Shown piece after piece: positions 14,208 to 28,669 of a stretch of 64,000 nt of DNA (position 1 is the stretch's first letter; each line of letters opens with the position of its first letter). Under the pieces are notes generated by a model, which worked only from the letters and a program-made list of their open reading frames with translations, had not been told where the DNA came from and did not search any database. The stretch comes from Lama guanicoe (Eukaryota), in contig MU053652.1 of the NCBI GenBank assembly GCA_013239625.1, positions 7,959,027 to 8,023,026 of the forward strand, given 5' to 3'. A program made the translations under genes and the position numbers.

Positions 14208-15129
14208 ACAGTGATTGTATTTTATACAACATTTAAAAAGTTGTCATTAATTTAATCATCCCAAAGGAATTTGGCCTAAAAGGAGGTTTTTGTCAGAGAA
14301 TCATATATTAAAATGGAATCTCTAAGGAACACATGTTGACGTGTAGTTAATTTTATAAGAAATTTTTTAACTTGAATACATTTTGTTTAGACTCTCATAC
14401 TTTTAAGACCAAGAATAGTTTTGTAAATTATAAAACAGATTTTTGTGCTACATTTAGTATCACTAATAATATTTGAAGATGCCTGAGATCTTTTTATGGT
14501 TAATCCTTGTGGAAGATAAAATGTTTTGAGAATTTTTCTATCTTAAATTTTTGAGCTCTATGCTTCTGATAGCCAAAGTATATATATATTGGGGGAAATA
14601 TTACTAGACTTAAATATGGTAGTTTTAGAAAAAATGATAATAATAATAATTGTATAAGTATTTTTTTCCTCTAGACTAATAAAGTTGAAACAAAGAAGTA
14701 AGACTAGATTTCTTTGTTAAGTTTTTAGATACTTTTTTTCTTTTATTTTCTTTTATAACATATAGCACATTAGTAATGAGTAATGTGTTGGATATAAGGC
14801 TATTGTCAAAATGTAAGGGATCAGATCAATTAAATTTAAATTCTTGCTGAAAATTCATAGTCTTTTTGAGATTTAATGTTATAAAAATACAAGTTCGCTT
14901 TGAAATAATGTTATTTATGCTAATGTGTTTAAGAATGTATTATAGACTTGAAATTTAGAAATTTAAAAAGTTTACTATTTATAAAAAATTAACATGCAAG
15001 TTTAAAATTTAAATAATTTGTAGTAATGAAGTGGCCTTGCAGAAAAAGATATTTCAATTGTAAATTATAATTGTAATAATTATTATCTTAAATTAATTCC
15101 CTTTCGTATTATTTTCACTTTATTTGCAG

Positions 15130-15298
15130 GTCCTAATCTACCCATGGCAACAGTTGACATAAAAAATCCAGAAATCACAACAAATAGATTTTATGGTTCA
15201 CAACTCAACAACCTCTCCCATACCAAAGAAAAGAAGAAAGGAAAAGCTAAAAAGAAGAGATTAACTAAGGCAGATATTGGAACACCAAGCAATTTCCA
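15130..15298 (+). CDS. WASL: N-WASP exon 6 (basic region, start of CRIB/GBD)
   Basis: ttgcag|GTCCT...TTCCA|gtacga, 169 nt; PNLPMATVDIKNPEITTNRFY...KEKKKGKAKKKRLTKADIGTPSNF. Confidence 0.96.
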
Positions 15299-15616
15299 GT
15301 ACGACAGTTCTTTTATTATTCTTATCTTTATTTTTCATTTACTCTTTTCTGTTCTTGATTTTTAAAATTGTTACAAAATTTTATTTTCTTTTTGGGAGAA
15401 CCCTTATATTTATCACTTGCATACCTTTTTAGCTACAGATTTTTTTTTTAAAGGCTGTTGCTCAGTAGACTTTCTGTGAGTCTTAGTTTATTTACTTTCC
15501 CACCCATCAGAAAAGAAAAATCAGATAAAGTTGTTTTTTCAACTTATTATTAGGCATGAAAATGATTCTCACTTTGTCCTATATATAAATGGTATTTGTA
15601 AATTGTCTAGAGGCAC

Positions 15617-15968
15617 TGTCTTAGTCTGTTTGGGCTGCTAACAGAATATTGTAGGCTGGGTAGCTTAGAAACAACAGAATTTATTTCTCACAGTTCTGGA
15701 GGCTGGGAAGAAGCAGGCCACACTGGGTGTCTTGTGAGGTCCCACTTCTTGGTTTGTAGACAGCCATCTACTCTGTGTCCTTCCATGTTGAAAGCAGGCG
15801 AGACAGCTCCCAGCAGCCTCTTTTTTAAGGACACCAATCCCATTCTTGAGGAATCCACCCTCATGACCTAATTACCTCCCGGATCCTCATCTCCAGGTAC
15901 CATCCCATTGAGGGTTAGGTCTCAATGTAGGAATTTTTGGAAGACACAGAGTTTAGAGTGGGCATCAA
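15617..15968. mobile_element. MLT1 (MaLR) solo LTR
   Basis: tgtcttagtctgtttgggctgct...atttatttctcacagttctggaggctgggaag...ctcatgacctaattacctccc. Confidence 0.85.
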
Positions 15969-16312
15969 ACCTTTGGTATTTATTGGACATATTTCAAGCA
16001 TTCTCTTATGCATTATTTCACTACTTCATTACAAAATTCCTATTCTCTCATATATGTAATGCTTGTGTCCTTATGCTAGTTTGTCAGTTAAGGAAATGGA
16101 TGCTCAGAAAGATTGTACCAAAATGTTAAGACTCAATCAGTGGCAGAGCCAGGGTAGGATTTTGGTCTCTTGACTACTTCTACTTTCTTTCCTGAAAATG
16201 ATTATGTCTATGAGAACTATTAGTTCAGGCCAGAAATTCACTGGGTGGATTGGATTTCATATATATTATATTTTTAATGTCATTTATGCATTTTTTTAAT
16301 ATACTGCTTTAG

Positions 16313-16355
16313 GCACATTGGACATGTTGGTTGGGATCCTAATACTGGCTTTGAT
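16313..16355 (+). CDS. WASL: N-WASP exon 7 (CRIB)
   Basis: tttag|GCACATT...TTTGAT|gtaagt, 43 nt; HIGHVGWDPNTGFD. Confidence 0.97.
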
Positions 16356-17394
16356 GTAAGTATCTTTTCAAGCTATAAGCATTATTACTCTAAGTATGAG
16401 GGATGTCATGACCTGTCTTTAGATTTTTACTTTTGTTCATTTTTGTGAATTCTAGTGTTTATTTGAATGTGCTTGTATTTAGGTGCATATTCCACTGAGG
16501 TTTAAAATCATAGTATTGTTCTATCAGACGGCTAAGTCTGTAAAGAGAAATTTTTTGAACTCTTCGGCTTTATCTACTGTAATGTAAAACCTTTGTGTTT
16601 TGAAAACCAGGAGAAGAAGATTATTTCTACTAAGTGATCATTTCTGGAGAATATATGCTTAATTACTGGAAAGTACTATAATCAAATTCTGAACGTCCAG
16701 GTGTTGAATTATCTAGATCTTTTTATTCTGTTACTTTTGGGGGAAATTTCATCATTCATTAATGTATAGTATTGTGAGCAAAGTGAAACTTCTGGCAAAA
16801 ATAAATGTTTCTAACATTTTCTCTATTTTAGTTACCCAAATAATAGGTATTTAACATTTGACTGATAATCCAGGTTTAGAAAAGTAATTTTGAAAAAAAG
16901 TATTATTTGTCAAAAATTCTTTCGGTTACTTTTGTTATAACTACAGTGTTAGCACCACAATATTTTTGAGTGCCTCTTTGGGTTGGACACTGTACAGGGT
17001 GCTTGGGTTATAAAGAGGTCTTTGATCTCAAATTTTCAAATTGATTTACATTTTTCTGTGGTTATTTGTGATTATACCTAAATTTTACTTAGAACATAGT
17101 GGAATAGGTGAGCATTAGAGATATTTGAATCATGAAGGGTTTAGTAAAAATCTAAATGAGATACCCTATTTTTAAAGATAGGAAACACAAATGAGATAAA
17201 ATATTAAAATCTGTTCTTTGTTCTTTTCTGTTTTTTAAAAGAAAGTTTATTTAGCATATCAATAATCTGTATTAAAAATTTTATAAACTTAAAATGATTT
17301 CATAAAGGGCATACATGTGAGAATAAAATTTTATCATGCTGTTGTAAAAAATTGGCATAATTTTTATCGTTAGCAATTATTTTATCTGTTGTAG

Positions 17395-17548
17395 CTGAAT
17401 AATTTGGATCCAGAATTGAAGAATCTTTTTGATATGTGTGGAATCTCAGAGGCACAACTTAAAGACAGAGAAACATCAAAAGTTATATATGACTTCATTG
17501 AAAAAACAGGAGGTGTTGAAGCTGTTAAAAATGAACTACGAAGGCAAG
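17395..17548 (+). CDS. WASL: N-WASP exon 8 (GBD with the IYDFI regulatory tyrosine)
   Basis: gtag|CTGAAT...CAAG|gtaact, 154 nt; [51 protein letters not shown]. Confidence 0.97.
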
Positions 17549-20500
17549 GTAACTTTTTAGGCATTCTGATCTATATTTTTCTTTGAATCTTTTGAGGTCA
17601 GTTTCATGGAAGACAGCTACACACACTCATGTGAACCTTCCTTAAGCAGAATGTTCAAATTTATGTATAACTAGTTTGGCACCATGTACTATGTTTTATA
17701 TTATTTGGGTATGACTAAAAAAACTTGACAAGGTTTTGCTTATTAAAAAGTCTTACATTAAATTCATGAAAATTCATAAAATATCTTTTTATAGTTGCTT
17801 AATATTTTACTTATGGAATCGTAGAGACCACATTAAAGTTATTTTTATTATAATTCAGAAGTAGTAATAGAAATATAATCACTAATCTTGTAACGTATAA
17901 GCATTTTCAGAATGTAAGTATGAAAATCTTTGTATTTATTTTGAAATACAAACCTTTTTTCTTGGCTGAAGTATAAAATTTATCATTTGATACTGAGCAC
18001 AAACAACTTGCAACCTTTTAAGACCTGATATTTTATTTAAATCACCTTGTTTTTTGGTTGTATCTTAATAATTATCACAATAAAATGCAAATACAGTCAT
18101 TCTGAATTTTCCAATATGACAGTTCTCTCTGTGCTGCCTTATTCATTTGAGGCCACTTTACTTCTTCCTAGTTTTTGCATACTCGTGATAGACAGTGTAG
18201 CAGAACAAAAGCTCCAGTTCATCAAAGCATTCTTCTGAAGAATTTAACTGTCATTTTAAATCAAGTATTTGACTTCCCTGTATTAGATTCTTCATTGCTG
18301 CTGTTCATTCAGTCATTTATTCACTCATTCATTCATATATTTAGTAAACATTATGTCAGCACTGGTTTCTACTCAGGATATTTAGATGTAGAGATAAGGT
18401 TTTTGTCCTCAGAAATCTTACTGTCTAGTGTGGCAACAAATAGGTAAACTAGTATACAGTTGTGATTGCTGTTGTGGAAACACAATGCTAGTTCCACTGA
18501 AACTAGTATGATGCTAATTTGTTATAGTTTGTAAAAAAAATTACACTTCCAAATTCTGTGGATTTTTAATAAAAACATCTGGAGCACAGCACCATTGTTA
18601 TTTTTAAGTGCTCCCAGAATGCGTCATAGTGTGCAGATGATGGAAGATCTTGAGGACCCTAGTTTGTTCCTTGACTCTTTTCTCCATTGCTACCACTCCC
18701 CTTCAGTTTATACCAAATGATGCTCAGGGTCTCTTTGAGCTCTCTGAATTTATGAGTTTATAAATACTCTTGACATTTATTAGAGAATCCGTACTGCTGC
18801 CCTCTCATTTGAATATCTGTAAATGAGTAGTCTATATTAACTTGAGTTTGTTTTCTGAACTTTATTATTACTGCTTTTTATTCTAGCTGCTTTTAAAATG
18901 TCAAATTAGGCAAGGTCTCTCCTCAGTTAAATTACCTAAAACAAACAAAAAAATACACAGGCATTAAAAAAAAACATGCTTTGGAAACTTTATACTCAAG
19001 ATTCTTATACTCAAGAATCTAACTCCCAATATGAAACCTTTTAGACACCCAAGAATGATTTTATAGAAGATAAATTTTTTAGAGGAAAAATAAAAAGACA
19101 AATTAATGATTTATTATAGAAATGTTTTCTAGACAGAGTGTATAATGTGTTCAGAAGTATGAAAAGGAGGCAGGAGGAATTTATGAATTTTTCTTAAAAA
19201 TATATTTTGTAAAACCTGAATCAAATCTCTTGAAACTTACTTTGTGAATCATATCTTCAGTTTTATAAGAAGTAGTGATTTCCAACATATCTTTTTATGT
19301 GTGTGTCTTTGCAATTGTTTGAAGTCCATTAATATATAATACTCTGCTCTGTAGGTCCACCACAATGGAGTGGTATGTATGTGGGTTGTTATTTGACCCA
19401 GTGTTCTAAATTATGCATGTGTTTATTTTCACAGAAGCTAGAGCTCATTAATCCTGCCTCCAAATCTAACATCCAGTAAGGTTTTATGCCCTCTATTCAA
19501 ACTAATGTTTTGGGCATATAGATGCTAAAGTAAAAAAGAAAATTTATTTCTATATGAGTCAGAGCTCATATTTCATCTATAATTTAGATAATTTTTAAAA
19601 TTCTGTAGATTTTTAAAAACACATCTTACAGAACCACTGTTTTTGTTACTACTTATAATTATTTTCAGTGATTGCTTTTCACACTTGGCGTTATTTGAAT
19701 GACCTATATAAAATATACTTACATTTTTACACTAATTTGGGGCAGTGGGAGGACTGAACGTAAATAAACAAGCAGTTTTATAAATGACTACTCAGAGTTG
19801 TCAGTATTCCCATAAATTTAAATTTGTGTGCAATAACATTTGTCTGGTTTGCTTAATCTGATGAGAATGCATGGGAGCAGTTCTCCAGTGTTTCCTGAAT
19901 CCTATAATACTACATTTCTTTTAATTATTAGTTATATTATTTTATAATTCCCTTAAATATCAAATGTCTAGAGTTTTCTACCAATTATTCTTAATATTGA
20001 TTTTTACCTGAAATTATACTTAGTTATTTTTAAATATATCAGCTTTTCTTTATAGTGTACCATCAAGACAAGGTTTTTTCTGTAAGCCTGTCTTTCTTGC
20101 TTTCTAACTGAGCTTTGATAGTAAGAACAGTTTTATTTGTTATAACTTTTGCTTTTTACTTTATTTCTTTATAAAATATCTAAGAAATATTATTGTCATT
20201 CTTACTCTGGTGTTTGTGGTGACTCCTAGAGTTTTGAAAATCTAAGGCCATCAGACATTCTCATAGTGGTGTGTGGTGTCTGCTCAGCAGACATTTTTGT
20301 GCATGTACACCTAACATTGTGCCGTTTCTCCTCTGTTCTCCTGTTTTAATTCTTTCACATTTTACCTTGGGATATGGCATGTCTTTCACATACTTTTTCA
20401 TGTAGGCGTAATATGGACTATAAAAATAGAAAGCTGGCAATAGATGTTTTCCTCATGAAAATATAGAGATGTTTCCAGTCATTTTTCAGATGATAAAAGT

Positions 20501-22553
20501 GCTGAACTTGTGCTGTACCCAAACTGGATGCAGCTGGTAATTTATTCACTCTAAGTTACGGCTTTCCCTTTCCCTGAGCAATGATTTAATGTCTCTTTGA
20601 ATGGGTATTAGCTGAATCCCAAATTATCCCAATAACTATACTTACTGCAAGTTCAAAAGAACTTTTAATTCTCTCTACTGAAAAGATGCATCATTGTGCA
20701 TAGAAAAGATTATGGTTCCAGAGTCCTCAGTAAAACTACAGTAAATGACTGACTAATGCATTTTTTGGTAGAATACGGTAGGGGTCCCTTTCCTCTCGAT
20801 TAACAGACAACTAAATCATAAAAATGCCAGTCTAGACAAATATCATTGCTCTTTGGAATGTAAACCTTAAACTGATTAAAATGAAATATTTGTATCTGCT
20901 TGAAGAATTTGATGTACTGTCTTATTCAGGGAGTATTCATAATTTACATATGCCATATCCTCTTGGTTTTACCCTATTACAAAATATGTTAGAAAAGGAC
21001 TTTGCTTTTAACAAATTATAGTGTCCTCACTTTGCATCTTGTGAGAACATTGGGTGAACCTTAGTTGTAACGCCCAGGCCTCCAGTATGCCTTGAGTGTA
21101 AATCACAGGACCTTCCCTCAGTGATGGCTTGCATCCAAGAAGGGGACTCTTCTGCTTGCAGCTATGTATTATTTTTAAACATTTCTATGCCAGGAAATAA
21201 TATCCTTGTGAGTATTGGCTTTTCTGCATATCTTATCAAATGTTTCTGACTGTATTTGATAGCATATTTTTGTAGCATATTTTCCATAATTATTCCAAAT
21301 GAAATCAGAAGACACTATTTCATTTCTTTTGAAGTGGGTTTTTTTCTTTTTCCTCTGTGGTATCGTTGCATTATTGAGCATCTAAGCCTATTGTTATTTC
21401 AAAGTAAAGTAAGTATTTGTATCTGTATTTTTATAGATAGTAGGAATATCTATCAATAATATATTATAGTTCGTATCAGTAAATACAAATAGCTGTTATG
21501 GATTTTAGAATTTCTTTATTCCTAAAAATAGGAATTTTTCTATTTGCTCTTTAAATGAATGGAGAAATACTGAAGTTCATTATGTGAATTTGTATATCCT
21601 CTTGGTAAAACCATGTCTCTAGAAATATAATAAATTTATACTTTGAATTTCTCTATTTTATCTTACATTTTCACTTAAGTAGAATAAGAATGTGTATATT
21701 ACTACTACCAGAATGATGTTAGTATTTTTTTTAAATGACCTTGTTTTAATTTTACAGTGTTTAGAATTACTTTAAAATTTGTTAATGTCTCCTGAATAAG
21801 TAGTTGAACATTTCAGCTGAGCAACCAGCCTCCCTTAACACCAGCACTAGAATTGCTGATGGCCTTTTATTAATACAGTACAATATATACACTATATATT
21901 GTATTATATATACTACTATATTATGTACTTAGTATGTAATATATATTATATATTATACACTAACGATGAAAATATAGGACATTATAAATTACAAATGTTA
22001 GGTAACAAAATTTTACATTTTAAAAGGAAAAGTATATTTGGGTTGGCTCAAATTAACTTCAATAAATTCTAATGAGATTGTACTATATTAGCTATTTAAT
22101 TCTTGAATGTAAATTAATTTTATAAAACAACTAAATATACTTGATTCTTTAAAGAGAGAAGGTATCCATTAATTTTTATTAAAATGTAAAATGATGCTTA
22201 TTGACCGAAATGTTTAATTTCATTGTTATATTTTTATTATTATTGTAGAATAATGTGTTTATTCCCTTACCTTGAAAAGTAGTGCAGATTCCTGTAAACT
22301 AAATTATACTGTTTTAGCTAGTATTTTTTTAAAAAGGACCAGGAAGGTGATCTTTAGGCTGAGTATTCCCAAATAGAATTGTTAGATACCATCTGTACTG
22401 AGGTATCTTTGTAAAATAAAATACAAAGATGAGGCCTTTTTTTTTCTCATATTGTTTTTTTTTTTTACATATATGCTGAAATAAGTTGCTTTTTTTGATA
22501 TAATGTTTGTAGGGGAAAAATGCATGCTTTCTTTTTTTCTGTTTTTATTTCAG

Positions 22554-23074
22554 CACCACCACCTCCACCACCATCAAGGGGAGGCCCGCCTCCTCCCCCA
22601 CCTCCTCCACATAGTTCGGGCCCTCCTCCCCCTCCTGCCAGGGGAAGAGGGGCTCCTCCTCCACCGCCTTCAAGAGCTCCCACAGCTGCACCGCCACCAC
22701 CGCCTCCGTCCAGGCCAGGTGTAGGAGTCCCTCCACCACCACCAAATAGGATGTACCCTCCTCCACCTCCAGCCCTTCCCCCTTCAGCACCTTCAGGGCC
22801 TCCACCACCACCTCCACCCGTGGCAGTGGCTGGGTCAGTGGTACCACCCCCACCGCCTCCACCTCCACCTCCACCGGGGCCACCACCTCCGCCTGGCCTC
22901 CCTTCTGATGGTGACCATCAAGTTCCAACTCCTGCTGGAAACAAAGCAGCATTTTTAGATCAAATTAGAGAGGGTACTCAGCTAAAGAAGGTGGAACAGA
23001 ACAACCGACCAGTGTCCTGCTCTGGAAGGGATGCACTTTTAGACCAGATACGACAGGGTATTCAGCTGAAATCT
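22554..23074 (+). CDS. WASL: N-WASP exon 9 (proline-rich region and two WH2 motifs)
   Basis: tttcag|CACCA...AAATCT|gtaagt, 521 nt; lies within ORF 22520-23110. Confidence 0.97.
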
Positions 23075-23687
23075 GTAAGTAATCTCTTCAGTTTAGACTA
23101 CCTGTCATAATGGAATTTTAAAGTAATTTTAAGACATCTTTGAGAAGTTTTTTTTTTTAACTTTTTCTCTTGGTATTTGTTTTTTTAACCCTATAAATTT
23201 TCTGATACTTGTGCATACCATAAAATGCACAAATTTATACTTAACCTGTGTAACCCATACTTCTATATCAAAAAAGCACCCCAGAAAGTTCCCTCATGCC
23301 TCTCTACTCCCAAAAAGAATCTGATCTCTGTCACCATAGATTTAGTTTACCTATTATGGAACTTTATATAAATGGATTACTGCACTATATTTGCAGTTCA
23401 TTGTTCTAGACTTTTAAATAAAATTTAATTTAAGGAGAAGTCTTTATTAAACTACATAGAAGTGAAAATAGCCCTGTTGAAACCCATTATAATCACTTTG
23501 ATAAATTCAAACCATTAACTTTATGAAAGCTAAACCATATTTTAAAGCTTCTGTGTTCTGAAATTTAGATTAGTAGAGAATCAAACTCCACAGAAAATTG
23601 AAAGAGTTGTGATTAGAATTTCTATAGTGCTGGGAGATAATTTTGAATTCCCTGAATTGGATGAGGTGACCATTTAATCTTGTAGAG

Positions 23688-24053
23688 TAGAGATTCACAA
23701 ACTTTTTTCTTTAAGGACCAGATAGTAAACATTTTAGGTTTTCTGGCCATATGGTCTCTGTTACAAAACTACTCAGTTCTGCTCTTGTACCACAAGAGCA
23801 GCAGGCGTAGACAAATGTACTGTGAAATGAGCCACAGACAGTACATACATGAGTGGGCGTGATTGTGCTCTATAAAGCTTTATTTATGGACACTGAAATT
23901 TGAGTTTCATACAGTTTGCACGTATCACAAATATTCTCTTTATTTTCTTTCAACCATTTAAAAATGTGAAAATCATTTCTAGCCTTTAAAAAGTTATTCA
24001 AAAACAAGGGACAAGCTAGATTTGGCCCATAAGCAGTAGTTTGCTGACCCCTG
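23688..24053. mobile_element. MER58B-like DNA transposon
   Basis: ccagatagtaaacattttagg...tagtttgctgacccctg. Confidence 0.8.
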
Positions 24054-25569
24054 ACCTAGAACCTAACCTGCCTTCTGTCCTCTTGGTCTTTATAGGCAGT
24101 TTTTCATTCCAGGAGGAACATTTGCTCTACAGGGCTTCAGACAGGTTAATGGATGGTAAATTTTTCTACGTAGTAAATGGAGCTGAAAGAAGGAGAATTT
24201 AATTGAAAATTATTTTGCAATGTAGGGAATTATGGTAACTTTATAAATCTCAGAAGCTTTGCCTCGGAAGGGAATGATGGATAGGGAACACAACTAACTG
24301 AAAACATTTAAACATTAGTGCACAGATTTAAGAAACTTCTGGAATTTATCTAGATGTTTTCTTAGTATGTATTTAGGATGATACTTAGATTAGCCTATGA
24401 ACAATTATCTTTGCTCCCTCTTCCCATTTAGTTCAGACTGAAGGTTTCTCAGGAGCAGTTGAAGAACTTTGAGTAGTTGTTAGTGGGGAGAATTAGTGTC
24501 AAAGTGACCACAGCCCAGGTGGATCTTAGATTTTAATGGGCTCCTTTACTTTCAGCTTTTACCTTAAAGTCTGTGCTAGTTGCTGTGTCGCTCTCATTTC
24601 TGTATCTCCCACTCCTAACCTTCCTTTCTGCTTCTCTTTTCTGTTTCCTCTCATCTCCACAGTCAACTTTTGTTTCTTTCTCTCATTTAGTAATTATAGT
24701 AAGGTGCTATTTTTAATGAATTAAGTTGTATCCTCTTTTCTTAATTTAAAAAGTTGGTGAGTTAAATTTCTCATTCATTCTCCTCATCTCTAAATTTATC
24801 TCTAAATTTCTTTGAGAGAGAAAAATGTTTTCCATTCTAAACGTGGGCATTTTTATCTTAAATAATCACTTTCCTTTTGATTGCATTCAGGGTGTTATCT
24901 TAGAGGGTATAAATCAGTGAATTATTGGTATGTTGTACATGTGATCTCAGTCCATAATTTTATTTCATTTTTTTAAAATAACCATTCTGTGGCTGAAATT
25001 TCTCTAGCTTTGTTCCTTTAAATAGTCCATATAAATCATCAGTTTACTTAGTGGTGAATACAACTAAACAAACCACAGATTTACTTTAAAGAGCTGACAG
25101 GAAGTGTATAAATATTCACTTGCATATGTTTTAAATTCCGTGTTCATAGCACTTCAGATAACACTATGTCCAAGTGAGTGCTTCCCAGAACGTGCTCATG
25201 ACCGTGCTATACTCCTGCAGCACCCTCCTGTTTGTCATCAGAGCACTTCAAGGGGGTCCAGATGATTCCTCTGGCTGTGGTTACACTTCTTTCAGAGCCT
25301 GTTGCTGAAATTCAAACTCAAACTATTTGTCTTTTTCATTTGTGGCACCTCTGTACCAGTAATAATTGATATACAATCTCTTTTAAAAATCTAAATATTA
25401 ATGAATGAGTCTATATCTTGTGGCAAACTGCTTGAAATATTCTTAAAAGGAAAAGATCTTTAAGTCTAGAAGGACAAGTATAGGAGAGGAGTTGTAAAGA
25501 CCAAAATGAAAAGTTTGTCCTAGTAAATCATTTTTCAAAGAAAAATTACTTTAGAATTTCAAATGCATA

Positions 25570-26940
25570 CAGTTGGCCATTGGACATCATGGAGATTAGG
25601 GGTGTTAACCCTCCAAGCAATCAAATCTGTATGTAACTTTTGACTCCTCCAAAGCTTAACTAACAGCCTACAGTTGACTGGAAGTCTTACCAATAACATA
25701 AACAGTTAATTTACACTTATTTTGTATGTTGTATGTATTATACACTGTATTCTTAAAACAAAGTAAGCTAGAGAAAAGAAAATGTTATTAAAATCATAAA
25801 GAAGAGAAAATGCAGTGTTGAACTGTATTTATCAATTCAGTAAGTTTATGTCATCTGTTTTCAAGATGGATTGTCTATTGGTGCCTATGTCAGTATTGTC
25901 TTATATAATACAAAACACTGTAGATGTCATATATATTATTAACACGACATCAAAAGTGAAAAGAATATGAAAAATTTATATTTATTTACAGGTATAACGA
26001 TTCATACATGGATAATGAAGAAGCAGTCATATGATTGCTTTATGGTAGCCTAGTGTTATTTATATGATTGCTTCATGGTAGCTAGCCTATATACTAATGA
26101 ATAAATTGTTATAAAATTTTTATGGCATATAGTATTACAGTCATATTCATAATACTGTATTAGAAACATTGTTAACATTTTTTCAGAAACCTCTTACGTG
26201 TGATGATAGGCAGATACACAATTTCTCCAGTTATTAAAGAGGGGGCAGACTATATGTTAATGTAATTCTTTGAAGGCAAAATTATAACACAGTAAGAAAA
26301 TTAACACATTATTAATTTTATCTTAAGCATGCCCTCACCTTCTGCCTATGTAAGGATAGGCTATCCACTTCAATGCAAGTCTTGAGCACAGTGTTCTACG
26401 TGAGGAATACTTCAGCAGTGATGAGAATGACACGAAAGCATTTCATACAGTCCTTGCCATATAGTTATTAGATATTCACAACATTTGAGCTCACTGAAAT
26501 TGTCACAGAAAGTGGCTACGAAGTTATTACAGTAGTACGGTACATGCAACAGTTAATCTTATGCAGTTATGATTTAATACTGCACCTTTTCATTTGTTTA
26601 CACTTCTCTCAACAGTGAATAGTGCCTTGTATGGATGTACGGTCTGTGTGTGCATAAGTTTTGATAAATTCTAAGTTTTTATAATAGATTTATACATATT
26701 TATTTATATATATTTTATGGTAGCAAGTGATAAAATAGACCTGTATTTACATATGTTTTATGCATTCATGCCATACCAAAGTTTTTCTTATTTTTTTCGA
26801 CATTTCTAGGCAACATGGTTTATCTACAAGTTTTTTCAAATTGTAGCAGATCTTTTCAAATTTTCCCGTGCGTTTATTGAAAAAAATTGCATATAAGTGG
26901 ACCCACACAGTCCAAACTTATGTTGTTCAAGAGTCAGCTG
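25570..26940. mobile_element. Tigger2-family DNA transposon (internally deleted)
   Basis: ta|cagttggcc...ttcaagagtcagctg TIRs; aaagtaagctagagaaaagaaaatgttatt signature. Confidence 0.85.
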
Positions 26941-27894
26941 TGTATGTGATCATTTAGTACAACTGTGCTGTTTCATTTTTAATTATACCAGTATTACACC
27001 TTTACATGAGTGATGCAAGTCCAGGGACAAAATTAACAAAATGAGTATTTTGTATAAATGACTACTCGTTTTATTCAAAGTGCACATAAAGCAGTATTTT
27101 CTAAGTTGTATTTTTTTTCCCTGAATCTCTAAAAACTTACTGTATTCTCTGTTTCTAATGAGTGTTGGAATCAGGGATGATTTTGTATAGAAATTAGATA
27201 TTACTGAGAACTTTTGATTTTTTTTTCCCGCCAATGTAGTTCATATGAGATAAAGTACTTTAGGGATTGTTGGTTGCCTTGTGAGGTGGGTACATTTTGA
27301 AAGCCACCCATCTGGTCTCCTTAGAAGTTACATGCTGAGAAGGAAGATTCATTTTGAATTATAATGTATGTTATATATTATAACTTTATATTCAATATAA
27401 TATATACAATTATAAAACTTATTAGTAAAGCTGAGTTTTTCTAGGAGAACATAAGTGTCTTCAGTTGCTCTTAGATATCTTAAAATGTGCTTCTCACCTA
27501 ACAACTATGGGAATCAAAATACTACCTTAGTTTTATAAAATGGTGCCCTTTGATGGTCATTTTAGAGTTTCTCATCAGCTAAGGCTTTGTGTACTAGAAT
27601 GAACAGAAGCAGCCCAGCTGCAAGAGCAAGTATTACTTAGGAAGAGGTTTGATCGTTACTCTAAATTTGGAAATGTGTTGATGGCTTATACATTAAGAAA
27701 GGGAAATAGGCCTTGAATGATTCTTTCAAGGCAGCAGTTTTTTCCTTCTTTACTTAGTTAATCCTATGCTGGGCTTATTTGTTTGCTTTTTCTGGTTTGG
27801 TTTTATTTTCTTTTAAAATAAGGTAAGATTTCCTGGAAGCAAAGATTTTTTGCTAAGGATGTATTACTAAATTTTGCTTACTTTTCTTTTCAAG

Positions 27895-28003
27895 GTATCT
27901 GATGGCCAAGAGTCTACACCACCGACACCTGCACCCACTTCAGGAATTGTGGGCGCATTAATGGAAGTGATGCAGAAACGGAGCAAAGCCATTCATTCTT
28001 CAG
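27895..28003 (+). CDS. WASL: N-WASP exon 10 (C/connector helix)
   Basis: ttcaag|GTATCT...TCAG|gtatgt, 109 nt; VSDGQESTPPTPAPTSGIVGALMEVMQKRSKAIHSS. Confidence 0.97.
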
Positions 28004-28669
28004 GTATGTTTGCATGTGTGTGTGTATAGTTAATAAATTTTAATATTTGAAGTTCTGTTTCTCTTTTTATTTCATGACTCAGTCTTTGCTAGATTTTCTC
28101 CTACTATTCAATAATTTTTTGATGTGGATTCTAGAACATATTTTAAAAAGTTGCAGCCACTGTAACTAGTCTGTTTGGAGCTTAATGGATGTCAAGACAC
28201 CATTGTCATAACCATAAATTGAAGAACAACTTTGGAAAAATGGCAATTTTGTTTCCTAAACCAGACATACTGATAGAGTGCCTGGCAAACAACCTCTAAA
28301 CAAGGCTTAAGATTCCTTGATCTCATTCCCCTGACATTCTTGTGACATAAGAAATTTAGATTTCCCTGATTCACAAGAGTTGGGGCTGAGAAATAAGGAA
28401 CTTTTACTGTTTCTGGGGTTTACTAAAGAATCTGAAAGTTTTTTGTTTCCTGTTTTTTATGTTTCCTAAGAGGTTTATTTGAATAAGTACCTACTTGAGG
28501 TTATTAAGGATACGCACACCAACATATTAATGAATATTTATTTTTCCTTCTCTTTGTTTTTCTGTAAGGATGTGGATATTTAAGGTCCTTTAGCAACACT
28601 TGTTTTCCTTAAATAGACAATTTTATTCCCATACTGTATTACAAAGATAGAATAGGCTAATTCAGTCCA

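Noticed and set aside
18990..19019. 15-nt tandem duplication ttatactcaaga(t/a)tc
   Set aside because: Two-copy slippage event in deep intron; no array or functional context.
21879..21903. Perfect 11-bp hairpin tacaatatata-cac-tatatattgta
   Set aside because: Within low-complexity AT repeat, where inverted repeats are expected; too short for a pre-miRNA.
22465..22952. Gly-rich and Val/Glu-rich ORFs overlapping the polyproline exon
   Set aside because: Alternative-frame or antisense products of CCN codon runs in WASL exon 9.
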